Assembly: GCF_014280195.1 (NCBI RefSeq)
Contig: NZ_CP047960.1
Location: 210,001 to 242,000 of the forward strand
Origin: Synechococcus sp. A15-24
GTDB lineage: Bacteria; Cyanobacteriota; Cyanobacteriia; PCC-6307; Cyanobiaceae
DNA length: 32,000 bases
Direction: 5' to 3'
Made by a program: the position numbers and the translations under genes. Below the pieces are notes generated by a model. That model saw nothing but the letters and a program-made list of their open reading frames with translations. It was not told the origin of the DNA and searched no databases. Shown here in pieces: positions 1 through 8,711 of the stretch; the stretch's first letter is position 1; the number at the start of each line of letters is the position of its first letter.

Positions 1-1
1 G

Positions 2-499
2 CTGGAGCGGCTGCTGGTGGAACCGGGCTGCCGAGGGGTTGAGCTGCCGGTACCTCGCATCGCCCGCGTGCTGGAGGGGCCGACACCCGATCTGCTGCTG
101 GCGGATCTGGAGCGGGTCTGGTTGCAGCAGCTGCAAGAGCTGCTTGGAGCAGGCCTAACTCCGGTGTTGTTCACCAGCCGCGGTGAGTTGCGCTGCGCTT
201 CCGAGCAGGAGGGCCGGCGTTTGTCCTGTGCCCTAGCTGAGTTGATGGCGCGACTGGCGGCTGCTTTGGCGCCGGATCTTGGTTATCTGATCAGCAAAGG
301 AGGAACCACCACGCAGACCCTGCTTTCCAAAGGGCTGGGGCTGACGGCCGTGCAGCTGGAGGGGCAGTTGCTGCCGGGGCTGTCCTTGGTGCGTTCGTCA
401 GAGGGGCGCCACTCTGGCCTGCCGATCATCACCTTTCCGGGAAACCTCGGCAGTGCCGACACCCTGCGCGACGCCTGGCAGCGCATGGAGGCCGGCTGA
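2..499 (+). CDS. 3' part of a DUF1537 / four-carbon acid sugar kinase-like protein (5' end outside window)
   Basis: The frame is open from the window edge to TGA 497-499; the track M at 17 is a GTG inside this frame. C-terminal motifs LISKGGTTTQTLL and ITFPGNLGS recall the nucleotide-binding C-domain of YgbK/OtnK-type kinases. Recognition is from memory only. Confidence 0.4.
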   Translation: MERLLVEPGCRGVELPVPRIARVLEGPTPDLLLADLERVWLQQLQELLGAGLTPVLFTSRGELRCASEQEGRRLSCALAELMARLAAALAPDLGYLISKGGTTTQTLLSKGLGLTAVQLEGQLLPGLSLVRSSEGRHSGLPIITFPGNLGSADTLRDAWQRMEAG

Positions 500-1774
500 G
501 GCGGCTAGCAGTTGCATCGGGTGCAACACCTCAGCGCGATCGCCCAGGTGACGTCGCAACTGAAGGGTGCAGCCGATGTTGGCGCTGGCGACGATTCCGG
601 CGCCGGTGCTGCTGAGGTCAGCGGCTTTGATGCGGCCGAGCTCAGCGGCTTCATCGGGTTGAACCAGGTTGTAGATGCCCGCACTGCCGCAGCAGACGCC
701 GGCTTCGATGGCCTCCCTGAGTCGGATGCCGGGAATGGCCCGCAGCAGAGCCCGGGGTTGGGTCTGAATGTTCTGGCCATGAATCATGTGGCAGGCGTCG
801 TGCATGGCCACGGCCTCAGGCAGGGGTTGCAGCTGCGATGTGAATGTCTCGGAGAGGCCGCGATCGGCGAGAAACTCCTGCACGTCCAGGACTGGCGCAC
901 GGAACTGGAGGTCCCCTTTCAGCAGTTCGTCGTAAGCCTTCATCGTGTGGCCGCAACCGGACGCTGCCACCAGCACGGCATCGAGATCCCCGTCCACGCC
1001 GTTCATGCTGCTCACAAGATCAGAGGCCAACTGGCGGGTCAACTCCAGTTCCCCCTGGTGATGACTTACGGCACCGCAACAACCTTGATCCGGCGGGATC
1101 ACCACCTCGAACCCATTGGCCTGCAGCACCTTCACCGTGGCGATGCTGACGGCCGGATCGAAGCAGCGCTGCACGCAGCCCAGCAGTAATGCAACGCGGC
1201 CGCGGCGGTCACCGGTCGCTGGATTGATCGTTGGCAGGAAGTCGTCGAAGCTTTCGGGAGCCAGCGCTGGCAGCAGTTGCTCCATCGCTTCAATCTCCGG
1301 ACCAAAAAGCCGGGTCAGGCCGGAGCGGCGGGCAAAGGCCTGCAGCGATGTGCCGACATAGGCCCGCAGGGGTTGCAGCAGAGATCTCAGCCGCCTGGGG
1401 TAGGGCAGCACCTGCAGCAACAATTGACGGAAGCTGATCTGCCAGCTGCTGCGGTGCTGCAGCTGATTCAGCTTGGGTCGTGTCGCCTCAATCAGTTGGT
1501 CGTAGCGCACGCCGGATGGGCAGGCGGAGACGCAGGCGTAGCAGCCCAGGCAGGTGTCGAAATGGCTGGCGACGGTGGCGTCCAGTTCCAGTTCACCGGC
1601 TTCGATGGCCCGCAGAGCGTGGATACGGCCGCGAGGGGAATCCATTTCGCTGGCCAGCACGCGGTAACTGGCACAGGTGGGTAAGCAGAAGCCGCAGTGC
1701 ACACAGGGATCTGCAGCGCCTGCTGGCAGGCCGGGGAGCTGAGACTTTGGTTCCATCCAGTAATTGTGAACCAA
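398..1774 (-). CDS. glcF: glycolate oxidase iron-sulfur subunit (GlcF-type Fe-S oxidoreductase)
   Basis: Two ferredoxin-type 4Fe-4S motifs (CVHCGFCLPTCASY and CLGCYACVSACPSG) are followed by two Cys-rich CCG-type regions (GCCGAV, CCGSAGIYN), which is the GlcF architecture. The start is ATG 1774 or the in-frame ATG 1756 (MEPKSQ). The 3' end overlaps the convergent gene by 102 nt. Confidence 0.85.
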   Translation of the reverse strand: MVHNYWMEPKSQLPGLPAGAADPCVHCGFCLPTCASYRVLASEMDSPRGRIHALRAIEAGELELDATVASHFDTCLGCYACVSACPSGVRYDQLIEATRPKLNQLQHRSSWQISFRQLLLQVLPYPRRLRSLLQPLRAYVGTSLQAFARRSGLTRLFGPEIEAMEQLLPALAPESFDDFLPTINPATGDRRGRVALLLGCVQRCFDPAVSIATVKVLQANGFEVVIPPDQGCCGAVSHHQGELELTRQLASDLVSSMNGVDGDLDAVLVAASGCGHTMKAYDELLKGDLQFRAPVLDVQEFLADRGLSETFTSQLQPLPEAVAMHDACHMIHGQNIQTQPRALLRAIPGIRLREAIEAGVCCGSAGIYNLVQPDEAAELGRIKAADLSSTGAGIVASANIGCTLQLRRHLGDRAEVLHPMQLLAASAGLHALPGVAQGVGTAEVSRKGDDRQARVAPL

Positions 1775-1865
1775 GAACAGAGGCTCCGTTGGTTTATTTG
1801 TGAGGTTTAAACCCTTTAGAAATCGTTTTATTGTTGATGTCTATAAAAAATTCGCAAATTGCCCG

Positions 1866-2498
1866 CTAAGCCTGCGCAATCAATTCGCGTGTTTTTAAGA
1901 GGGGCTTAAAAGCTCTCATGTCTTTGACTTCCCAAAATGATTCAACAAGTGGGCATTGATTTCGATATCTGGTGGCGGTGCTTTCGAACTCTGCTTGGCT
2001 TGGCTCAAGGAAGCCATAACAGATATCAAGAAAGATATCTATATGATCTAAGTTAACCTGTCGTTTGATTAATCCCTTCTCAATTAATTTCCAGGTAGCG
2101 AGTGACGAGGACTGAGATTGATTTTTCAGTTCTTCGAATGATTCGCGAATTGCACTACCATATTCCTTTATATGTTCCGCAGAAAATGATTTACCTTGAT
2201 TCGTGCGATCGTTGCTGCTATGAGAATTCGATTGTAAAATGAATTGTCCAATAAAATGCTTCAATTCTTGATGGTATAACTTTTCCAGGGAAGTGTTTGA
2301 TAATGACATCGATGCAAATTCTAGCTCCTTCATTACTTGTGAGCATTGAGAAAAGAATGTTTCAACGTAATCCTGCCCTAATAGCTGAACCTGGCGATTC
2401 AAATGTTCGAGAACTGATTCAAAGTGAGGAGCGATCTTTTCGGGTATTCGAAGTCGCGTGGTTGTTCCAAGCGCTGGATAGTTCTTTTGGAATGGCAT
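1866..2498 (-). CDS. hypothetical protein, orphan, low-GC
   Basis: A 210-aa ATG-initiated ORF is the only long open frame in the AT-rich islet, where stop codons should be frequent by chance. I recognise no family. It is Ser/Gln/Glu-rich and has no TM segment or signal peptide. Confidence 0.55.
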   Translation of the reverse strand: MPFQKNYPALGTTTRLRIPEKIAPHFESVLEHLNRQVQLLGQDYVETFFSQCSQVMKELEFASMSLSNTSLEKLYHQELKHFIGQFILQSNSHSSNDRTNQGKSFSAEHIKEYGSAIRESFEELKNQSQSSSLATWKLIEKGLIKRQVNLDHIDIFLDICYGFLEPSQAEFESTATRYRNQCPLVESFWEVKDMRAFKPLLKTRELIAQA

Positions 2499-2720
2499 AT
2501 GACTTAAGAGCAGAAGCCTTCAAATGCTCAATCGCGACAAAAATTTCATCGAAGGTGTGGCGCGAGCAAAGCATGCTGGGTTATAAATTAGTAATCAAAT
2601 TTTTAGCATGAGGTTAAATCCTGCGTTACGGCGACTTTTTGTGTGATTTCGGAGACAAATTTGTTGGCGACCTCTCTGTGTGACGCTTTCTTCTTTGGTA
2701 TTTATCTGGATTGTTTGATT

Positions 2721-2836
2721 TGGGACGAATTGACTTTTGATTCGGGACGCATTTTATTTTTCATGCGTCCCGTTTGCCTTGAATATGTCCCGTGGGTTTG
2801 TCCTAGTTCTTTCACTTGTCCCGTGTATTTGTCCCG
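2721..2836. promoter_or_regulatory. array of GTCCCG / CGGGAC motifs with a central perfect 10-bp inverted repeat (candidate operator or iteron array)
   Basis: GTCCCG occurs on the plus strand at 2767, 2787, 2818 and 2831. CGGGAC occurs at 2743 and the variant TGGGAC at 2721. Degenerate GTCCT (2800) and GTCTG (2852) are also present. The inverted repeat is CGGGACGCAT (2743-2752), a 10-nt loop, then ATGCGTCCCG (2763-2772). The array lies in the divergent spacer between the 210-aa and 684-aa genes. Confidence 0.5.
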
Positions 2837-2993
2837 AACACACAAGCGATTGTCTGTTTTCTTGGACTTGGAGCATGAATTGATCTGATGTAGTGCGGCA
2901 AACATCTCTCTGAAAGAACCCTCGTTATCAAGGCAGTGATGTTGCGCGTTACTGATGTCAACGTGCAGCGCGATTCTTTAAGTCTCTTATTCC

Positions 2994-5048
2994 ATGGCTA
3001 AGAAGGTCACCATCGGGCAAACAACTGCTCTGATCCCAGAAGCCGGTTCCGCGATTCAACCTGAGTGGCTGCTCGACGGGGAAAGTGGCAACACCAACTT
3101 CCCGTACTCCAGCTACAAGGCTCTCGCCACCGTCGGCGAGGTGGATGCCAAGACTAAGCTAGGTCTCACCGGTTATCCCGATGGTCAGGCTGCCTGGCTT
3201 GTGGATGATGACACCGTTCGTGTTGCCTATCAGTCTGAGTCTTATGCCAACGTCACTGGCTACCGCACTGGCGTAGCCGAAGGTGAGACCTATGCACGGG
3301 CAATGAAGACCGGTGTGACCTTCACTGGATCCAGGATCCACACCATTGACTACGCCCGCGATGCATTCGCGGATTTCATGAACAATGATTCTGCCGCCAG
3401 CGACATGGTTAAAGGCAGCGGTTTCCTGTTTAATCGTGTGTTCAACCTCTTTGGTGAAGAGGTCACTCCTAAGAACACTGATCCCACGGATCTGGCAGCC
3501 AAGTGGGGCAACCAGACCCTGCCTTCCGGTGACATCATTGAGTTCAGTGCCCCTCTCGCCGACGCTGACTTTTTCTTCCACTCCTTTTGTGGCGCTTGGT
3601 ATGAGCCTGCCAATCGTTATGGCGAAGGACAGGGCTTCAGCGATGACATCTGGCTGATGGCCGAAGAGTGGGACATCGGTGAAGACGCTTTCGGTCCCGC
3701 AGGATCGGCCGTGGGTAACGAGACCATGGGTCTTGCTGCTATGGCCGTCGATGTTGCCAATGAAGTCGCCTACTCCGTACCGGCCCTGGGCCAGACCGGT
3801 TACGAGAAGATCGCACCTCTGAACACCGGTGAGAGCGATTACGTGGTGATGGTGACTGCCGGTTACAATCACGGCCAAGATCCTGCTCCTCTGAAGATCT
3901 ACGTCGGCCGCAAGGGCTACGACGCAGAAGGCAACGTGATCACTGAGGATCACAGCGAGCGCGATCAGTTTCTGGGCCGCAACGGCATGCTCTGGGGTCA
4001 GCTCTATGGCCAAACCCTGAAGAACAAGCACTTCGACAAGCTGGGTATCGTCGCCGACGAAGATGGCAACGGCCGTTTCGACGACCAGGTGATGAACACC
4101 TACCTGACTTCCCAGGCGAAGGCTGGTGATTCCTACAAGGGTCGTTTCTATCCCACCAGCTTCCAGTGGGGCGGCTGGGATGAGCCCACCGCTGTTGGCA
4201 ACACCGAGATGTTCCTCTGGGAGCGTCCCGAAGAGCAGCCCAAGAACTACACGTTCTTCCAGGGCGACAAAAAGACCGAGCACCAGGCCATAGATCCTTC
4301 TGGAAAGGCTCGCTGGTTCCAGAACATGACCGATGAGGGTGCTCTGCTTGGCTTCAACTTGAAGAATCTGGCCAAGCAGCTCAAGAGCAACCCTGATGCT
4401 GATGGTAACTCGCTGCCTGACTACATCAACTACAAATCTGTTGTGACCATCCCCGCCACGGATGGATCACTGCGTGTTGATGTGGGTGATGAAGGTCTAG
4501 CCCACAAAGGTGAAGCCAACCCTGACGGCAGCCTCACTCATGCCACGCACGTTGAAAAGGGTGTTGAGAAGATCGTTTCCAACGACGGTCTGTACTGGGC
4601 CAAGGGTAAGGACGGCAATGTTCTGATCCTGGATGAGGATTCCGGCAACGATTACGGCGAGCGCAAGATTGCACTTCCTCTCAAAGGAATGGAATTGCGT
4701 GATGAAGCCACCGGTTACTTCCTGGGTGCTGCTGGTGGTACTCTCAGCCCACGTTATGAAGCTGGCGCTGCTGCTCTGGCTGGAGCGTTCTCTGCTGCAG
4801 GGACTAATGAGTTCTCCGGCAGCTGGGATGTCACGGGCATGGTGACCCGCAAAGATGACGGCAGCTTCTATTCCAAGGAAGAGCTGTCTGGCAGTGGCAT
4901 GCAGGATGTGGCCGATATGGTCCACATCGAGGATCACACCTACATCGGTGTTGTTCAGGCCCGTCCTGAGTCCGGCGGTCAGGTTGAGGAGATCGGCGGC
5001 GATGCCGGTGGCCAGGTGTTCATGTTCGAAATGAGCAACTTCTACTGA
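2994..5048 (+). CDS. hypothetical acidic 684-aa protein, possibly a beta-propeller-type exported or cell-surface protein
   Basis: The ATG-initiated ORF is long and uninterrupted, with coding-like codon bias (GGT/GGC, ACC, CTG, GAC). It is Gly/Asp/Glu-rich and has no N-terminal signal peptide or TM segment. A strong intrinsic terminator follows it. Patterns such as YPDGQAAWLVDDDTVRVAYQSE and ILDEDSGND only loosely recall DUF839/phytase-like propellers. Confidence 0.8.
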   Translation: MAKKVTIGQTTALIPEAGSAIQPEWLLDGESGNTNFPYSSYKALATVGEVDAKTKLGLTGYPDGQAAWLVDDDTVRVAYQSESYANVTGYRTGVAEGETYARAMKTGVTFTGSRIHTIDYARDAFADFMNNDSAASDMVKGSGFLFNRVFNLFGEEVTPKNTDPTDLAAKWGNQTLPSGDIIEFSAPLADADFFFHSFCGAWYEPANRYGEGQGFSDDIWLMAEEWDIGEDAFGPAGSAVGNETMGLAAMAVDVANEVAYSVPALGQTGYEKIAPLNTGESDYVVMVTAGYNHGQDPAPLKIYVGRKGYDAEGNVITEDHSERDQFLGRNGMLWGQLYGQTLKNKHFDKLGIVADEDGNGRFDDQVMNTYLTSQAKAGDSYKGRFYPTSFQWGGWDEPTAVGNTEMFLWERPEEQPKNYTFFQGDKKTEHQAIDPSGKARWFQNMTDEGALLGFNLKNLAKQLKSNPDADGNSLPDYINYKSVVTIPATDGSLRVDVGDEGLAHKGEANPDGSLTHATHVEKGVEKIVSNDGLYWAKGKDGNVLILDEDSGNDYGERKIALPLKGMELRDEATGYFLGAAGGTLSPRYEAGAAALAGAFSAAGTNEFSGSWDVTGMVTRKDDGSFYSKEELSGSGMQDVADMVHIEDHTYIGVVQARPESGGQVEEIGGDAGGQVFMFEMSNFY

Positions 5049-5071
5049 TTGGCTCTGTCCAATCAAGTCTC

Positions 5072-5099
5072 AGCCCCCTCATTTGAGGGGGCTTTTTTG
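5072..5099 (+). terminator. rho-independent terminator after the 684-aa gene
   Basis: The stem AGCCCCCTC (5072-5080) pairs perfectly with GAGGGGGCT (5085-5093) across the loop ATTT. T6 follows directly at 5094-5099. It begins 24 nt after the stop codon. Confidence 0.85.
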
Positions 5100-5108
5100 T
5101 CGTCTTTC

Positions 5109-6533
<1,425 letters not shown>

Positions 6534-6613
6534 GGCGGTCGGTTGGGCGTCAGCAGGGCGAGCCTATGACTGAGCCGGGAGCCCTACGGTTCACCCATCA
6601 CAGCCGGGTTGGC

Positions 6614-7549
6614 ATGGGCAGCGAGCAGCTCTGGGTGGTAGCGGCTTGTTTCAACGAGGAGGTGGTGATCATCCGGTTCATCGAACGCGTCCTGGCCTTG
6701 CCTCAGGTGAGCCGGTTGTTGTTAATCGACGACGGCTCCTCCGACGCAACGGTTGCGGTGACTCGCGCTTGGCAGCAGTCCCATCCTGATCAGGGGCTGA
6801 CGCTGTTGGAACTCACCCGCAACTTCGGCAAGGAGGCCGCCATGCTCGCGGGCCTGGATTTTGCCGATGGCCGATGCAGCGCAGCCGTGTTGATCGACTC
6901 GGATCTGCAGCATCCGCCCGAACGCATCCCGGCGATGGTGAAGGCCTGGCAAGACGGTGCTGAGGTGGTCACGGCTGTCCGCGATGACCGCGACGCTGAA
7001 GGCCTGATGAAAGTGGCCACCGCCTCTTGGTTCTACCGGGTGTTCAATCGCCTGGTGGATTCGATCCAGTTGCAGGAAGGAGCCGGCGATTTTCGGTTGC
7101 TCAGTGCTCCGGTGATTGAGGCAGTCATTCAGATGCGCGAGGCCACGCGTTTCTCCAAAGGGCTGATGCCATGGACGGGCTACCGCAGTGTCGAAATTCC
7201 TTACAGCCGCGTCGCGCGGGCTGGAGGTGCAACCTCCTGGAGCTCTCTCAAACTGTGGCGTTACGCCCTTGACGGAATCTTTTCGTTCTCAGTGAAGCCC
7301 CTCAAGGTGTGGGGGGGGATCGGCCTGCTGATATCCCTGCTCAGCTTTCTCTACGCAGCACTGATTGTGCTGCGAACCGTGGTCTTCGGTGTGGATCTGC
7401 CGGGCTATGCCTCGTTGATCGTGGCGATCCTCTTTCTCGGTGGAATCCAGCTGATTGGCATCGGTGTTCTTGGCGAGTACATCGGCCGGATTTATATCGA
7501 TGTCAAGCGCCGGCCCCACTACTTCATCCGCGCGGTGCACGAGTCCTGA
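6614..7549 (+). CDS. polyprenyl-phosphate glycosyltransferase, GT2 family (GtrB/ArnC/DPM1-like)
   Basis: The GT-A N-domain shows VVAACFNEE, LIDDGSSDAT and the DxD-like VLIDSDLQHPP. Two C-terminal TM helices (GGIGLLISLLSFLYAALIV and SLIVAILFLGGIQLIGIGVLGEY) precede the RIY..VKRRP tail typical of GtrB/ArnC. I prefer ATG 6614, because ATG 6566 leaves only 32 nt to the divergent icd start. Confidence 0.9.
   Translation: MGSEQLWVVAACFNEEVVIIRFIERVLALPQVSRLLLIDDGSSDATVAVTRAWQQSHPDQGLTLLELTRNFGKEAAMLAGLDFADGRCSAAVLIDSDLQHPPERIPAMVKAWQDGAEVVTAVRDDRDAEGLMKVATASWFYRVFNRLVDSIQLQEGAGDFRLLSAPVIEAVIQMREATRFSKGLMPWTGYRSVEIPYSRVARAGGATSWSSLKLWRYALDGIFSFSVKPLKVWGGIGLLISLLSFLYAALIVLRTVVFGVDLPGYASLIVAILFLGGIQLIGIGVLGEYIGRIYIDVKRRPHYFIRAVHES
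7311..7318 (+). repeat. G8 homopolymer inside the GT2 coding sequence
   Basis: The codons read AAG GTG TGG GGG GGG ATC (KVWGGI), giving eight consecutive G at 7311-7318. This is the longest homopolymer I saw inside a gene in this window. Confidence 0.9.
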
Positions 7550-8711
7550 GGGCCTTCCATTCGTGTTGCCGCCAAGGTGAACTGAAAAATGCGGCTGAGC
7601 GATGAAACTGATGTTGCTCAAGCTGATCTGGGTTTACAGCGGCCGCAGGATGGGCCAGCAGTAGGTCGCCATCACCCAAGGAACGTTCAGCAGCATCAAG
7701 GGCGGCACCCGCCATCTTTCCGGTGAACAGCACACCGGCAAAGCGCTGATTGGTGCGGATGCCAGCTGCCTTGAGTTTTCTCCGCGCCAGCCACGTGAGC
7801 GGTTGCAGCACCAGCCACTTGAGCAATCCGCCATCCCTGAGCGCTTTGATCCACAGCTCGAGGGGAAGGCCCTGCGGCAGCGGCTCTGCAGTAGTGCGCA
7901 CCCAGACGATCTCCGGTTGTCCCAGCACAACATCCAGCACCAGTGGCACGAGATGAATGTGCTGATGTCCGTCGAGCTGGATCTGGTGCTGACCCGTGAG
8001 CTGCTGAAAACGATGGATCTGCGCCTGGATCGATTGGACGACCTGAGTCCGCAACGCACGACGTTTCGGCGGCAGCAGAGAACTCAGCAGCAGCGCGCCA
8101 AAACCTGCCGGTAGATCAGGACAGTGCTGTGGTTGGGGCCCTTCCGTCAGGCAGAGATGCAGAACAAGTGGATGGGCCTTGGGTAAGCATCGCCAGGCCT
8201 CGGCGGCTGATTCAGCCGTTGCTCCATCCACCAGCAGGCTGGCGCTGGTGAGACGCCCTGCTGTCGCCAGATCAAGGATGGCGGTGTTGACCCCAGGTGC
8301 GAGGCCAAGATCATCGGCGTGGATGGCAGGGCGTCCAAGGCGTTGACGTTGATGCAGAGCCCCGCGGGCTGCGCGATTCCAGATCAGCGCGTTGAGCGCA
8401 GTGGGCGTGAACACCAGCACCACGGTTGGAGCATTCAGCAGTGGGAGCAGCGAGCAGACGCTGATGTTCACGGCGTACTGCAGCAACAACCAACGCCGAG
8501 CGAAGCGTCGCCCTCCGGTCTCCTCCCGGAAGGTCACCAGGGCATGACCCAGATATCCCGCAATGGAGGCGGTGAGAAAGCCGATCGGGTTGGCCAGGCT
8601 GAGGGGGAGCCAAGACCCGAGGCTCAGCAGCACGGCTGCATGAATGACGGCGGCGATGAGGCCGATGGCGCCGTAGCGCACCAGTCGGTTCAAGGCCGCC
8701 GGCAGGTTCAT
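7524..8711 (-). CDS. fusion protein: N-terminal GtrA-like 4-TM domain plus C-terminal YdjC/ChbG/HpnK/NaxD-family carbohydrate deacetylase
   Basis: The N-terminal roughly 120 aa (RLVRYGAIGLIAAVIHAAVL, NPIGFLTASIAGYLGHALVTF, then two more hydrophobic helices) match the GtrA pattern. The C-domain has the YdjC hallmarks IHADDLGLAPGVNTAI, LTSASLLVDG and DGHQHIH. The ATG at 8711 overlaps the mtnN stop as ATGA. Confidence 0.8.
   Translation of the reverse strand: MNLPAALNRLVRYGAIGLIAAVIHAAVLLSLGSWLPLSLANPIGFLTASIAGYLGHALVTFREETGGRRFARRWLLLQYAVNISVCSLLPLLNAPTVVLVFTPTALNALIWNRAARGALHQRQRLGRPAIHADDLGLAPGVNTAILDLATAGRLTSASLLVDGATAESAAEAWRCLPKAHPLVLHLCLTEGPQPQHCPDLPAGFGALLLSSLLPPKRRALRTQVVQSIQAQIHRFQQLTGQHQIQLDGHQHIHLVPLVLDVVLGQPEIVWVRTTAEPLPQGLPLELWIKALRDGGLLKWLVLQPLTWLARRKLKAAGIRTNQRFAGVLFTGKMAGAALDAAERSLGDGDLLLAHPAAAVNPDQLEQHQFHRSAAFFSSPWRQHEWKALRTRAPRG

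Larger units (their letters stand above)
1790..2990. other. AT-rich compositional islet between high-GC core genes
   Basis: Composition drops abruptly. By hand count 1801-1860 is about 27% G+C, while the flanking glcF and icd sequence is visibly above 60%. No integrase, tRNA or flanking direct repeat is visible. Confidence 0.7.

Noticed and set aside
536-543. HIP1 palindrome GCGATCGC, also present at 13577-13584.
   Set aside because: I found only two perfect copies in 32 kb, about what chance allows in GC-rich DNA. This is not the enrichment seen in HIP1-rich cyanobacteria.
2721-2856. Possibility that the repeated GTCCCG units form a CRISPR array or a transposon terminal repeat.
   Set aside because: The units are only 6-9 bp, irregularly spaced by 13-21 nt, and occur in both orientations. 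There are no 25-40 bp repeat/spacer units, no cas genes and no transposase.
2643-2888. 81-aa ORF spanning the GTCCCG motif array.
   Set aside because: It has a non-ATG start. Its odd Cys/Phe-rich sequence simply translates the repeated DNA motif, and nothing supports it as coding. The DNA-level repeat is the better explanation.
3159-4283. Long antisense ORF (374 aa) opposite the 684-aa gene. Similar antisense or off-frame ORFs occur at 5049-5690, 5820-6569, 14675-15535, 15819-16427, 18301-19104, 22723-23478, 24564-25226 and 27598-28341.
   Set aside because: They overlap genes with strong motif support. They encode low-complexity Gly/Val/Arg/Pro/Leu-rich sequences with no recognisable motifs. 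They are the expected stop-poor shadow frames of GC-rich coding DNA.
2994-5048. Calling the 684-aa protein a PhoX-type alkaline phosphatase.
   Set aside because: It shows only loose blade-like resemblance. There is no Tat or Sec leader, and I cannot identify the conserved PhoX/DUF839 metal-ligand motifs by eye. I left it as hypothetical.
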